From positions 192,001 through 256,000 of the forward strand of contig CAXXYE010000001.1 of NCBI GenBank assembly GCA_963674865.2: a DNA stretch of 64,000 nt. The letters run 5' to 3'. Shown piece by piece: positions 1 to 9,534 of the stretch. The notes under the pieces are model-generated. The model did no database searches, was not told the origin of the DNA, and saw only the letters and a program-made list of their open reading frames with translations. The number at the start of each line of letters is the position of its first letter. The first letter of the stretch is position 1. This DNA comes from Candidatus Hydrogenedentota bacterium. Its GTDB lineage: Bacteria; Hydrogenedentota; Hydrogenedentia; Hydrogenedentales; SLHB01. Both the position numbers and the translations under genes were made by a program.

Positions 1-2223
1 CCCTAACGAGAACAAGTTGTCGTTTCCATCGAACACGACGTTCTCGGCCGTCATGGCCACGTCGTCTACACGCAGCAGTACCGTCGGCTGAGGATGGAAT
101 CCGGGCAACGTGACGAGGCAATCGCGAATAACCGCGCCGTCCGCGCCGTTCACAACCACGTGTTCATCATCGGCCGCGTCGTAATACTGGATCTTCGTCT
201 GATCCGTTCCCGCTCCCCGCAGGATGACGTTCGGACTGAAGTCGATTGGCTCATCATAGGTGCCTTCGGCCACCTCCACCACCGTTTTCCGGTACGCCGA
301 GTAGCGTCCCACCTCGGCCATTGCGTGTCCGATACTTGCCCACGGGTGCTCCGCGCTCCCGTCGCCTGCGTCGTCATCGCCGTCCGTGGCCACATACAGC
401 GTCGCCGGCGGATCCGTCGGATCATTCGGATCGGTGTTGGCCAGGAACTCGTGTAGGTTCGGTATATCATCGCCGTCCGGATCGGTTGTTCCATCGCTTC
501 CGTCGGCCGGATTCAAGTCGTTCTGCTGTTCCCAGAGATCATCCATTCCGTCCCCGTCATCATCACCCGCGACGAATTCGTACGCCCCCATGTCTACGCC
601 GTCGTATTGGGGGCGCGGTACGCCAAGGATATCCGCTTCGGGCGCATTCTCGGTCCTGCCCGTGTTGACGCACGGGGAGCCCCACTGGAGGCGCAAGTCT
701 CCGTTCGCCGCGTCCACAAACACCGGCTCGGCGTCGATGTTGCCCTCTCCGGGATATCCGCCGGAGATATCGGAATAGCTCACTTCGAGCTCGCTCAACG
801 CCGTTCCATTGATTTCCTTGGGCAGTAGATCGTCGAAGATGCAGTTGGCCACGGTTGCGCGCGAGTCGTGTGCGTAGATGCCGCCGTCCGGGCAATTCGC
901 GTTGTTCCAAAGGGTGCAATTGGTGATCTCCAGTGAACTGTGGCTGCAGCAGAGCGTCCCTCGCCCCGACACCACGCTTGAGTCACACGAATTGCCTGTA
1001 AGGATGCAGTTCGTGACAACGGCCACGCCAGACTCGATGCTGATCGCCCCGCCCCAGCATCTGCCCTCGTTGCCGTGAAACCGGCATGCGTCAAATGTCG
1101 TGTTGCATCCAATGCCGTAGTAGGCACCGCGAATGTACTTGGATGCATTGTCTTGGAACAGACAATTCTGGACAGTGCATGTTCCGCCGTCATTTCTCAG
1201 TGCGCTGCCCGTGTCGCTCGAGTTCCCGATGAAGGAGCAATTGTCCACCTTTACAGATTCTCCCGTGAAGTAGGCGGCCGCGGACCTCGCGTTGTTGCCG
1301 AGGAACGAACAGCCGGACAGGGAGTCGCCCGTGCCCGTGGCAAACATGCCCCCGCCTGCTTGTCCCGCTTCGTTGGCTTGGAACGTGCATCTCACAATCG
1401 TGTGCACGTATCCGCGACCTGCGATGGCACCGCCGCTCCCATACGTGTGGTTTCCTTCGAACACGCAATCCGATACCTTCAGATCCCCCGTCTCGACGAA
1501 GATGGCGCCGCCACCACATTCGACCTCGTTGTCATGGAAGTCGCAGCGTGAAATGGTGAGCGGCCCGTTGATGACAGAGATACCTCCCCCGTTGGCCTGT
1601 GTCCCGGAGGCAAGACGCACCACCTCGTTCGAGTCAAAGGTGCAGTCCGACACAACCAATACGGACGTGTTGCCGCGGATTCCGCCTCCGAAGCGACTTG
1701 CCCTGTTTCCCTCGAAAATGCAGTTCGAGACGGACATGATGCAGTGGCTTGCCCGCAGGCCGCCGCCGTGGAGACAAGCGTCCTCGCCCGTGGCTTCTCC
1801 GCCCGTTACGCGGAATCCGTCCAGAGTCGTGCCGTTGCCTCCCTCGATTACGTGGTAGGCCGGCTCGCCGCCACGAGCCGTTGAACCGTCGATGGTGCTG
1901 TAGGCGTCGTCCGGGCGTTCCGCACGAGCCGCCTCTGTGCCGAGGAAGCCGCCGTAGAGATCGACCCCTTCCTTCATGAGCACCGAGCCGGTGTCGACGC
2001 CGTTGATTTCGGAGATCCGCGGCTCGTCGTAGACGGCCTGTGTCACCCAGACCTCGTCGTAGATCTCCGCGGCGTTGATGGCCGCTTGGATGGTTGTAAA
2101 CGCCGTTGCCCACGCCAGGCCGTCCTCGACGCCCGAGGCGTTGTCCCTGTCAACGTACCAGACGTCGCCAAAGGCGCATAGCGCCGCCCCCACAGCTATT
2201 GCCAGTAACATAGCCTTGCGCAT
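1..2223 (-). CDS. Large secreted right-handed beta-helix / choice-of-anchor-Q-like protein, 3' end runs off the window
   Basis: Not in the ORF track. ATG at 2223 with GGAGG upstream; signal-like N-terminus MRKAMLLAIAVGAALCAFG then DVWYVDRDNASGVEDGLAWATAFTTIQAAI; DLRLQWGSPCVNTG...VDMGAYEF motif; Asp-rich DDDGDGMDDLWE segment. Both ends, translated by hand, are in the same frame. Confidence 0.85.
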   Translation of the reverse strand, partial: MRKAMLLAIAVGAALCAFGDVWYVDRDNASGVEDGLAWATAFTTIQAAINAAEIYDEVWVTQAVYDEPRISEINGVDTGSVLMKEGVDLYGGFLGTEAARAERPDDAYSTIDGSTARGGEPAYHVIEGGNGTTLDGFRVTGGEATGEDACLHGGGLRASHCIMSVSNCIFEGNRASRFGGGIRGNTSVLVVSDCTFDSNEVVRLASGTQANGGGISVINGPLTISRCDFHDNEVECGGGAIFVETGDLKVSDCVFEGNHTYGSGGAIAGRGYVHTIVRCTFQANEAGQAGGGMFATGTGDSLSGCSFLGNNARSAAAYFTGESVKVDNCSFIGNSSDTGSALRNDGGTCTVQNCLFQDNASKYIRGAYYGIGCNTTFDACRFHGNEGRCWGGAISIESGVAVVTNCILTGNSCDSSVVSGRGTLCCSHSSLEITNCTLWNNANCPDGGIYAHDSRATVANCIFDDLLPKEINGTALSELEVSYSDISGGYPGEGNIDAEPVFVDAANGDLRLQWGSPCVNTGRTENAPEADILGVPRPQYDGVDMGAYEFVAGDDDGDGMDDLWEQQNDLNPADGSDGTTDPDGDDIPNLHEFLANTDPNDPTDPPATLYVATDGDDDAGDGSAEHPWASIGHAMAEVGRYSAYRKTVVEVAEGTYDEPIDFSPNVILRGAGTDQTKIQYYDAADDEHVVVNGADGAVIRDCLVTLPGFHPQPTVLLRVDDVAMTAENVVFDGNDNLFSLG

Positions 2224-2291
2224 GATGGTTCCCTCCACTTCGGCAAGTCCCCATGTTCTATCGGCCCACCACCGGCCTGCTCTCAACCGTA

Positions 2292-3524
2292 TTATTCTAG
2301 CCCATCGTGAGTGTTGTGATCGACCACCAGCGCCTCCCCGAAGCGCTGTCGCGTCCGTAGGAACAGATCGCGCGGCACGTAGCCACGCGTGACGTCAAAC
2401 TCGAGCTGCTCCGCCGAACCATCCTCCCGCGAACGCATCACCGTGGCGTGCCATATGCTGCCCGCGGGGCCCCGAAACTGCATCCTCGAGTCGGCCAAGA
2501 AGCCACGGCGGATCTGCCTACCATTGATCGCCACAATCCGATCTCCGGGGAGGATTCCCGCCACCGCGGCCGGGCATCCCGGCAGGACCTCCTCGACAAG
2601 GCAGTAGCTGCCGTATTCCGGGTGATCCCAATGGCGCGTGACGAACAGTCCAACGCCCTCGTAGCAAACGACTTCGTCCGGGGCCCGGTTCTCCGTGAGC
2701 AAGCTTAGGACCACCCCCGTGGACACGAGCAGGGCCGTCATCAACACGACAAGCGCCCCGCCGGCGATTTTGAGCAGCGGCGTGGCCAGTCCGCATGTTT
2801 CCAAACCTTCGACGGAGCCCCCGTGGGCAAGGTGATCCACCATGAGGCCCGGGCCGGAGGCCGCCGCCGATCTCCCCAGATTCAGGACGGCTGGACCTCC
2901 AGCCAAGGCCCCGAGAACGCGCTCACGGTAGGGCGCCGCTGAATAGGGGAGGCACTGCTCGAAGTCCATGGACGGAGCGCGCTCCATGAACTTCTCCTGG
3001 AGCTTGAGCCTGCCCAGGCGAAGCCGTTTCTTCATCGTATCCTCCCTCACCCCCAGCGCTTCCGCGCTTTCGGCCACCGTCTTCCCCTCCAGGTAATACA
3101 AAGCCAGGGCTTCCCGGAGTTTTGGGGACAAGGACGACATGACGCCGCTGATGCAGGTAAAGCACTCCTGCCGCGCCGCCGCCGCGGCCGGATTGTCGCC
3201 GTCGCGCTCGCTTCGCGGAGTCCTTCGCATGGCCAGTTTGCGGCGGCACTCACGATTGCGCAGCCAAGAGGTCGCCGCGTTGCGCGCAATACACCGGAGC
3301 CAGGCCGGAAACGCCTTCGGTTGCTTCAGGCGTTCCAGGTTGATCCACGCAAGGAGAAAGACCTCCTGCGTCACGTCTTCCGCCGCGCTCCAGTTGCGTG
3401 TCCTTGTCGTCGCAAGCCCGTGAACCGTGGCGTAGTGTCGCTCCACCAACTCGCCGAATGCCGCCTCGTCCCCCTGCTGTGCGGCCGCCACTAGCGATTC
3501 GGTGGAGCTTGTCGGAGCCATCAT
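2292..3524 (-). CDS. ECF sigma-70 factor fused to a transmembrane helix and a C-terminal PDZ domain
   Basis: Region 2 (AFGELVERH...AEDVTQEVFL...FPAWL), region 4 (LREALALYYLEG...AEALG...TMKKRL), hydrophobic IAGGALVVLMTALLVSTGVVLSLL, PDZ-like YEGVGL...PGCPAAVAGILPGDRIVAING. Confidence 0.85.
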   Translation of the reverse strand: MMAPTSSTESLVAAAQQGDEAAFGELVERHYATVHGLATTRTRNWSAAEDVTQEVFLLAWINLERLKQPKAFPAWLRCIARNAATSWLRNRECRRKLAMRRTPRSERDGDNPAAAAARQECFTCISGVMSSLSPKLREALALYYLEGKTVAESAEALGVREDTMKKRLRLGRLKLQEKFMERAPSMDFEQCLPYSAAPYRERVLGALAGGPAVLNLGRSAAASGPGLMVDHLAHGGSVEGLETCGLATPLLKIAGGALVVLMTALLVSTGVVLSLLTENRAPDEVVCYEGVGLFVTRHWDHPEYGSYCLVEEVLPGCPAAVAGILPGDRIVAINGRQIRRGFLADSRMQFRGPAGSIWHATVMRSREDGSAEQLEFDVTRGYVPRDLFLRTRQRFGEALVVDHNTHDGLE

Positions 3525-3550
3525 TCTGTTCCTTTCTTGGCCATTTCTGA

Positions 3551-3583
3551 ATTATAGACGCGCGAATCGCCCAAAAGGGGAAC
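3551..3583 (-). promoter_or_regulatory. Candidate promoter of the ECF-PDZ gene
   Basis: Minus strand reads GTTCCCC-ttttgggcgattcgcg-CGTCTATAAT: an ECF-like CGTC -10 overlapping a TATAAT, about 27 bp before the start. Confidence 0.35.
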
Positions 3584-3643
3584 TAAACCGGTCTTTTTGA
3601 CGTGGATTAGAACGCCATCCCCGGGCTTTGCTAGACTCTGGAC

Positions 3644-4759
3644 ATGGCTGCGAAGAGAGCGTTTCAACTCCTCATCAAACCCGTCAGCGCGGACTGCAAT
3701 CTGCGCTGTGAGTACTGCTTCTACCTGCGCGCCAGCGAGATGTATCCCAATATGCCGCGCCACCTTATGTCCGACGAAGTCCTCGAAACCATGATCTCCG
3801 GCCTCATGAAGCAGCGTTTTCCCGAGTCCGTGTTCGCGTGGCAGGGCGGCGAGCCCACCCTTGCCGGCGTCGATTTCTTCCGAAAAGTCGTTGAATTGCA
3901 GAAAAAACACGGTGTAACGGGGCAAAGCGTCGGCAACGGGCTGCAAACCAATGGCGTCCTCATCGACGACGCATGGTGTCGCCTCTTCCTGGACTACAAG
4001 TTTCTTATCGGCCTCAGCATCGACGGCCCGGAGGACATCCACAACCGCATCCGCAAGAATGCGGCCGGCCGGGGCTCGTGGGACAAAGCCATGGCTGCCG
4101 CCCGGCTGATGGAAAGCCATCGAGTCCCCTTCAATATCCTCTGTGTCATCAATGCCGAAAACGTCCGGCTTGGGGCGGACTTGCTACGCTGGTTCGTGGG
4201 GCAAGGCTTCGACTATGTCCAGCTTATCCCGTGTCTCGAAAGCGGTTTGCCTCACAGCGTGCCGGTGGACGCCTACGGCGATTTTCTGTGCGATACCTTC
4301 GACTACTGGGCGAAGGAGGGATTCGGCAAGGTCTCCGTGCGGGATTTCGACGCCATGCTCGCCATGGAATTGGGCGAGCGGACGCCGCTCTGCACCTACG
4401 GCCGCGTCTGCAATCATTACATCCTCATCGAACACAACGGCGATGTATATCCCTGCGATTTCTTCGCTTATCCCGAATGGCGTCTCGGGAACGTCACGGA
4501 ACATCCCATCGAGTGGTTCACTGAATGCGATCGCTACAAGCAATTCGCCTATCAGAAGAGCAAAGTCGCTTCGTGCCGCGGCTGCGAATGGCGCGCCATG
4601 TGCTATGGCGGTTGCCAGAAGGATCGCCTCTACGACGGTTCCTTCACCGACCCCACCCCGTTATGCCCGGCGTACAAGAAGCTCTTCGCCCACGCCGTCC
4701 CTACGCTCAAGCGTATTGCCAAAGACCTCGCCCGGCGCCAGGCCCGAAGTGGGCCTTAG
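3644..4759 (+). CDS. Anaerobic sulfatase maturase (radical SAM/SPASM, anSME/AslB family)
   Basis: KPVSADCNLRCEYCFY, WQGGEPTL, EHNGDVYPCD, C-terminal CRGCEWRAMCYGGC SPASM cysteines. Confidence 0.93.
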   Translation: MAAKRAFQLLIKPVSADCNLRCEYCFYLRASEMYPNMPRHLMSDEVLETMISGLMKQRFPESVFAWQGGEPTLAGVDFFRKVVELQKKHGVTGQSVGNGLQTNGVLIDDAWCRLFLDYKFLIGLSIDGPEDIHNRIRKNAAGRGSWDKAMAAARLMESHRVPFNILCVINAENVRLGADLLRWFVGQGFDYVQLIPCLESGLPHSVPVDAYGDFLCDTFDYWAKEGFGKVSVRDFDAMLAMELGERTPLCTYGRVCNHYILIEHNGDVYPCDFFAYPEWRLGNVTEHPIEWFTECDRYKQFAYQKSKVASCRGCEWRAMCYGGCQKDRLYDGSFTDPTPLCPAYKKLFAHAVPTLKRIAKDLARRQARSGP

Positions 4760-4772
4760 CGGCATTCCGCGC

Positions 4773-5597
4773 TCAGGAGGAGTCTAGAGGATGCGTCTGC
4801 CCGGCCGGTTCGACGATCAACAAGAATCTCTTCCAGCGGGCCAGGAACGCCGCCTTTGACATCCGCCACAATCCCCCGTTTGGATCCGCCAGGCCTACCG
4901 AGTCCTCATGTACTCCCCGTATCACCACCCAGTGATCCAGTGACTCGTGTAGGCCTATAGTTGTCATCGCCGGCCCGCCGTGCTGTTCGAGCGCGTCCCA
5001 ATCCGCCGTTATCAGCCGTGGCCGCTTCCCCGTGCCCTTGAGCTTCGTGTGGAGGGCTTTGCAGATGGGGAATGCCGATGTCCCGTTGAAGTGGTTTGTC
5101 CAGCAGGCCAGGGCCATCGTCCGCTCATCCGTCTCCACGCCATAGCTATACATCAACGTTGCCGCCGCTGCCGCGCCACACGTGAAGGCCGTCGTCTGCC
5201 GGCACAGTCCCGCGTTATCCGGCCGCCCTGCGCAGTTCGACGGTTCGAACATCACGCGCGCCGTCAGGCCCTGCACCATTACCGCCAACAGAGCCCAAGC
5301 GCATGCAGCCACCAGTATCCGCCGCCATAGACGTCCCATGCGCAGCGTCCCGATGCCCAGCAGAACGAACGCGACGAGCGGCGGCCACCACGGTTGTACG
5401 AGGCAGTACCAGTAGTACCTTGAAAGGGGATACTCTGTCCCGGGGAGGAGATAGAACAACGTTCTCAGAGCGATCAGCGCAAAGCATGTCCAGAAGGTCG
5501 TATGCAGCACCGTAGCCCGCCGACGCGCTACGCACAGGCCTAAAATGTAAGCGGCGAGGTACGATGCGCCTATCGCAATGGCGAACAAGATGTGCAC
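4773..5597 (-). CDS. Membrane protein with C-terminal peptidase C39-like domain
   Basis: About four N-terminal hydrophobic helices; QTTAFTCGAAA (Q/C), DHWVVI (H), LADP (D) triad pattern. Confidence 0.75.
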   Translation of the reverse strand: MHILFAIAIGASYLAAYILGLCVARRRATVLHTTFWTCFALIALRTLFYLLPGTEYPLSRYYWYCLVQPWWPPLVAFVLLGIGTLRMGRLWRRILVAACAWALLAVMVQGLTARVMFEPSNCAGRPDNAGLCRQTTAFTCGAAAAATLMYSYGVETDERTMALACWTNHFNGTSAFPICKALHTKLKGTGKRPRLITADWDALEQHGGPAMTTIGLHESLDHWVVIRGVHEDSVGLADPNGGLWRMSKAAFLARWKRFLLIVEPAGQTHPLDSS

Positions 5598-5659
5598 GGT
5601 GGTTCCCTCATGGGGCCGCGGATGTCGGCCCCTATCGATACACCCCGCGAAGATGGCTG

Positions 5660-7342
5660 CTAATACGACGACACATCGCCGTACGGACTGCCCTCCGTGT
5701 TCTCCGATTCCCCGTAGGTTTCCCCGTAGGCCGGCTCCGACAGCCCCGGCAGGATCGGCTGATTATTGGGATGACGCGTTTCGTTCGCGCTTGTCACCCT
5801 GACGGCCGGCCGATCCTTGAAGACGCACGACCACTCGCAGATTCCGCACCCGATGCACAAATCAGGATCCACGCGCGGCTGTTTCACTACGCGAGTCGTA
5901 CCGTCCCGGCGGCGGATTTTCTGTTCAGTGAAGAAGATTGCCTTGGGCGCAACAGGACAGTGCTCCGCGCAGATGATGCAGTCCCGCCCGTAGGCATACG
6001 GCAGACACCGCGTCGTGTCAAAGGTGGCGAGTCCCAGTTTGGCCTGCTGCTTCTCTTCCACAGGCATTGCTTCGATCGCGCCTGTAGGACACACCTGCCC
6101 GCAGAGGTTGCAGTCATAATCGCAGTATCCGATCTGCGGGATGAGCCGCGGCGTCCAGACGCCTTCCAGTCCAGCCTCGGCCAGCGTGGGATGTAGCGCG
6201 TTCGTCGGGCACACTTTCATGCACAGGCCACACTGAATGCACCGTTTCAGGAACTCGCGCTCCTCACGGGCGCCCGGTGGGCGGATGAGCTTCGGATTGA
6301 AGCCTTTGGCCTGTGCCTGGGGCGTCAGTCGGAACATGAGGAGTCCGCCTAGGCCTCCAATACCGGATGCGAGCAGCGCCCGCTTCGTGATGTCGAGTTT
6401 GCCCTCCGATGGGCGCCGCAGGGGGGATCCCGCCGTGAACTTGATGGCGCCCACATGGCACGCGTCCACACAATTCCAGCAGCCGAAACACTCCGTTGGC
6501 AGCCACGCCCCCGGTTTCTCCGGTTGGGCGGCGGCCGGACAACGCATGGCGCAACGCCCGCAATTTGTGCAGGCTTTGTCCGTGTTTGCCAGACGCATCA
6601 CCGGGCGGCGCGCCAGCGCGCCTAGGAGCCCGCCCAACGGGCAGATATACCGGCACCAGAAGCGGCGCCGGTACAGATTCAACGCCAGTGCCGTCACAAA
6701 CACCAGAAAGACGAGGGTGCTTCCCCGGAACACCTGCCGCTCCGACGAGAATACGTGGTCGCGAAAGAAGCGGTACACCGGCTCCGTGATCGCCGTCAGG
6801 TGAAGAGGCCCGACATGCGGATCGCCCTGGTACACAGCCGTCGAACCGTCCTCGATGGCGTACTGAAGTCCGGGATACACCACGACGGTTGTGCTGCGGT
6901 ACAGAAGGGAGAATGGGTCGAACACGCCGATCCAATGGCCTCCGAACAGCGCCATCACCAACAGCGCCGCCAGGAGGTAGTACTTCGCGCGTTGCCAAGC
7001 CGAGAACGAGTCCGTTGCCCGGCGGTAGCGCCGCACCCGTTTGCGCAGCCAACTTATGCCGTTGTGCAGCGCCCCCAGCGGACACACCCAGCCGCAGAAA
7101 ACGCGCCCGAGAACAAGTGTCGCCGCCACCGTCACCAACGCCAGCAAGGCTCCCGCCGGGACGGCATGTGCTGATAGCCAAGTCGCGACAAGTACCAAGG
7201 GGTCTAGGTTGAAGAAGAGCTGCATCGCCCCCGTGGGCGGCACCTCCTCACGCGCACGCGCCGCGAGGAGTAGCCAGAAGAACAGCAACAGGAAAAAGAC
7301 CTGCGTCCCCCGCCGGAGCCAGACCACCTTCCTGGCATTCAC
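5660..7342 (-). CDS. Membrane polyferredoxin (NapH-like plus MauM/NapG-like 4Fe-4S protein)
   Basis: GRVFCGWVCPLG and RFWCRYICPLG motifs, multiple CxxCxxCxxxC motifs, IRPPGA. Confidence 0.9.
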   Translation of the reverse strand: MNARKVVWLRRGTQVFFLLLFFWLLLAARAREEVPPTGAMQLFFNLDPLVLVATWLSAHAVPAGALLALVTVAATLVLGRVFCGWVCPLGALHNGISWLRKRVRRYRRATDSFSAWQRAKYYLLAALLVMALFGGHWIGVFDPFSLLYRSTTVVVYPGLQYAIEDGSTAVYQGDPHVGPLHLTAITEPVYRFFRDHVFSSERQVFRGSTLVFLVFVTALALNLYRRRFWCRYICPLGGLLGALARRPVMRLANTDKACTNCGRCAMRCPAAAQPEKPGAWLPTECFGCWNCVDACHVGAIKFTAGSPLRRPSEGKLDITKRALLASGIGGLGGLLMFRLTPQAQAKGFNPKLIRPPGAREEREFLKRCIQCGLCMKVCPTNALHPTLAEAGLEGVWTPRLIPQIGYCDYDCNLCGQVCPTGAIEAMPVEEKQQAKLGLATFDTTRCLPYAYGRDCIICAEHCPVAPKAIFFTEQKIRRRDGTTRVVKQPRVDPDLCIGCGICEWSCVFKDRPAVRVTSANETRHPNNQPILPGLSEPAYGETYGESENTEGSPYGDVSSY

Positions 7343-8271
7343 GAAACGGCAATCTCCTTGTTCGGAACCTTGCGATAGTCTATCTGTCCGAGGCCTGCGG
7401 CGTGGCCCGCCGCAATCGTGCCGATCTTCTCCGGCTCATAGCCTAGCAGGCCCGCGCCGAGCGCGTCCATAGCGACGATATCCGTGCCCACGGCCACCGT
7501 ATCGCGCCGCTCGACATAATCCAGGCTGCCCCCTGTCGGCCCGTTGGCCGTCAATACGCGCACGGCGTCCAATACGCACAGCCGCGGCTTCAAGTATGCC
7601 GTGAGATCGCTGATGCACGACGGCAGATCTTGGTGGAAGATGCCGCGCTTGTCGATTACTCCCATGAAGTTCTTCATACACAGCGATACCGTCGTCGCAT
7701 TGTGGTGCTTACAGATCGGTGCGCTGATGACGAGATCGCTCTCGACGATCTCAGGATATACCGGACAGGTCTTCAATCGCTTTCCATTGATCTCCACCTG
7801 CTTGAAGCGCTTCTTGTCTACATTGACGATGGTTGCGCCCGCATCCTTGGCAGCCTTCTCGATGCCGCTGTTCGGATACGTCTGCGCGGCGTCATTGCAC
7901 GTGTGGTCGCCCACCTTCACTTCCTTTGCCCCGGCCTCCAGGCAGAGGCGCACCAGCGTGGCCACTACGTCCGGATTCGTGTTCGCGGCATATTCCGGCG
8001 TGCGGTTCCAGGCGATATTCGGCTTGACGAAGACCACGTCCCCCTTCTTCACGAAGCGGCCCATGCCGCCGACTGCCGCCATCGCCTGCTCCGTCAGCTT
8101 GACTGCCATCGCCTGGATCGCCGGCGCCTCCGAGGCCGCCGCGCCTTTCCAGCGCGCAATGGCCATGTCTACCGGCGCTTCCGCTGCGTGCGCGCCAAAC
8201 GGCGCCAATGCCACGGCGCCGCCCGCCAAAGCCGTCCGCCTCAAGAACTCCCGCCGAGTTTGCCTGTTCAT
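7339..8271 (-). CDS. Tat-exported DUF362 domain protein
   Basis: Start reassigned to MNRQTRREFLRR (twin-Arg, GGAGG upstream); VFVKPNI, TNPDVV, KHH...LCMKN, GPTGG; 4-bp overlap with the polyferredoxin. Confidence 0.85.
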   Translation of the reverse strand: MNRQTRREFLRRTALAGGAVALAPFGAHAAEAPVDMAIARWKGAAASEAPAIQAMAVKLTEQAMAAVGGMGRFVKKGDVVFVKPNIAWNRTPEYAANTNPDVVATLVRLCLEAGAKEVKVGDHTCNDAAQTYPNSGIEKAAKDAGATIVNVDKKRFKQVEINGKRLKTCPVYPEIVESDLVISAPICKHHNATTVSLCMKNFMGVIDKRGIFHQDLPSCISDLTAYLKPRLCVLDAVRVLTANGPTGGSLDYVERRDTVAVGTDIVAMDALGAGLLGYEPEKIGTIAAGHAAGLGQIDYRKVPNKEIAVS

Positions 8272-8487
8272 ACGACTGCCTCCAGCAATTGCCACGCGGG
8301 CAGGTTGCCATCCCGCATACTTCGCTCTCTTACAAGTCCCATTATAGAACAGGCCCCCAATTCCGTCTATTCCGGCCCAATCTGCACCATTCCCATTGTG
8401 TCGCCGGGGGGAGCACGAGCAGATCTGAATCGAACTGCCCGGCGCGCCCAGTGGGAAACGGCCTCGCCGGTGCGATATGCTACGCGC

Positions 8488-9360
8488 ATGAGTGACAAGC
8501 CCTTTGAATATGCGCTCGATGACTACCCCCTTGCGCCGGCGACGCTGTATCACGTGGGCGGGCCTGCGAGGCTGGCTCTGCTTCCACCGAATGCGGATGA
8601 AGCCGTGGCGGCGTACACGTGGATGATGGGCCGGCCCGAGCCGCACCTCATCCTCGGCAAAGGTTCAAATGTCCTGATATCGGATGACGGATTCGACGGC
8701 ATCGTGTTCTTCACGGGGGGGCTGGAGCGCATCGAGGCGCTTGGGGAGGGACGCTACAGTGTGGAGGGCGGTGCGGGCTTGGAGCGGTTTGTCCGCGATG
8801 TCATCGTGGAGTGCAATTACGAGGGCGCGGGGGCGCTAACGGGCATTCCTGGCTCAGTGGGCGGCGCCATCTATATGAACGCCGGCACGGCCAACGGTTC
8901 CACCTGTCAGTTCCTGGAATCCATCGATCTGGCGACGCCCGCGGGCCTGAGGACGATCACGATGGAGCCGGGCCTTTATGGATACCGCGGGCAGTCTTTC
9001 TGTACCAAGGACGACCTCATCTTGCGTGGCCTGTTTGCCTTCACTGTCTCGGAGGCCGACCAGCGGGCTGTGTATGAGCACTACCTCAAACGGCGCAGGG
9101 AGAAGCAGCCGTGGGGCCACTGTTGCGGCAGTGTGTTCAAGAATCCCGAAAATGACCACGCCGGCCGCCTGATCGAGGCATGTGGCTTGAAGGGCGCTCG
9201 GCGCGGGGGAGCAGTCATCAGTGAGCGTCATGCCAACTTCATTATGAACGAGAACGGCGCCACATTTGAGGATGTCATGGGCCTAATCCTGCTGTGCGAG
9301 GAACGCGTGGCGGAGCGTTTCGGCGTTCGACTTCAGCGCGAAGTCGTGGTGGTTCGGTAG
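8488..9360 (+). CDS. murB: UDP-N-acetylenolpyruvoylglucosamine reductase
   Basis: VGGPA, LGKGSNVL, GIPGSVGGAIYMNAG, GSVFKNP, HANFI, LQREV; start reassigned to ATG 8488. Confidence 0.93.
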   Translation: MSDKPFEYALDDYPLAPATLYHVGGPARLALLPPNADEAVAAYTWMMGRPEPHLILGKGSNVLISDDGFDGIVFFTGGLERIEALGEGRYSVEGGAGLERFVRDVIVECNYEGAGALTGIPGSVGGAIYMNAGTANGSTCQFLESIDLATPAGLRTITMEPGLYGYRGQSFCTKDDLILRGLFAFTVSEADQRAVYEHYLKRRREKQPWGHCCGSVFKNPENDHAGRLIEACGLKGARRGGAVISERHANFIMNENGATFEDVMGLILLCEERVAERFGVRLQREVVVVR

Positions 9361-9534
9361 CGGCTTTTCGACGGGTGAAAAGTGTTCCATTGTGGGCCAA
9401 GGCCAGTGTATGATCCCCCCAATGCGCCAGCCCGGGGCTCGCCTCGAGTGTGTCGGCGCGATGCTTGGGAGGGTGGGCGAACGCGGCACGCGAAGTGTGT
9501 CCGCAACAATCACTGAAGGAGACAACCGGCAACT

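Noticed and set aside
7630..8487. N-terminal 286 aa of the 576-aa ORF ending in murB
   Set aside because: Antisense shadow of the DUF362 gene; MurB motifs begin only after ATG 8488
8272..8646. N-terminal extension of the DUF362 ORF
   Set aside because: Overlaps murB on the other strand; Tat signal and RBS mark 8271 as the start
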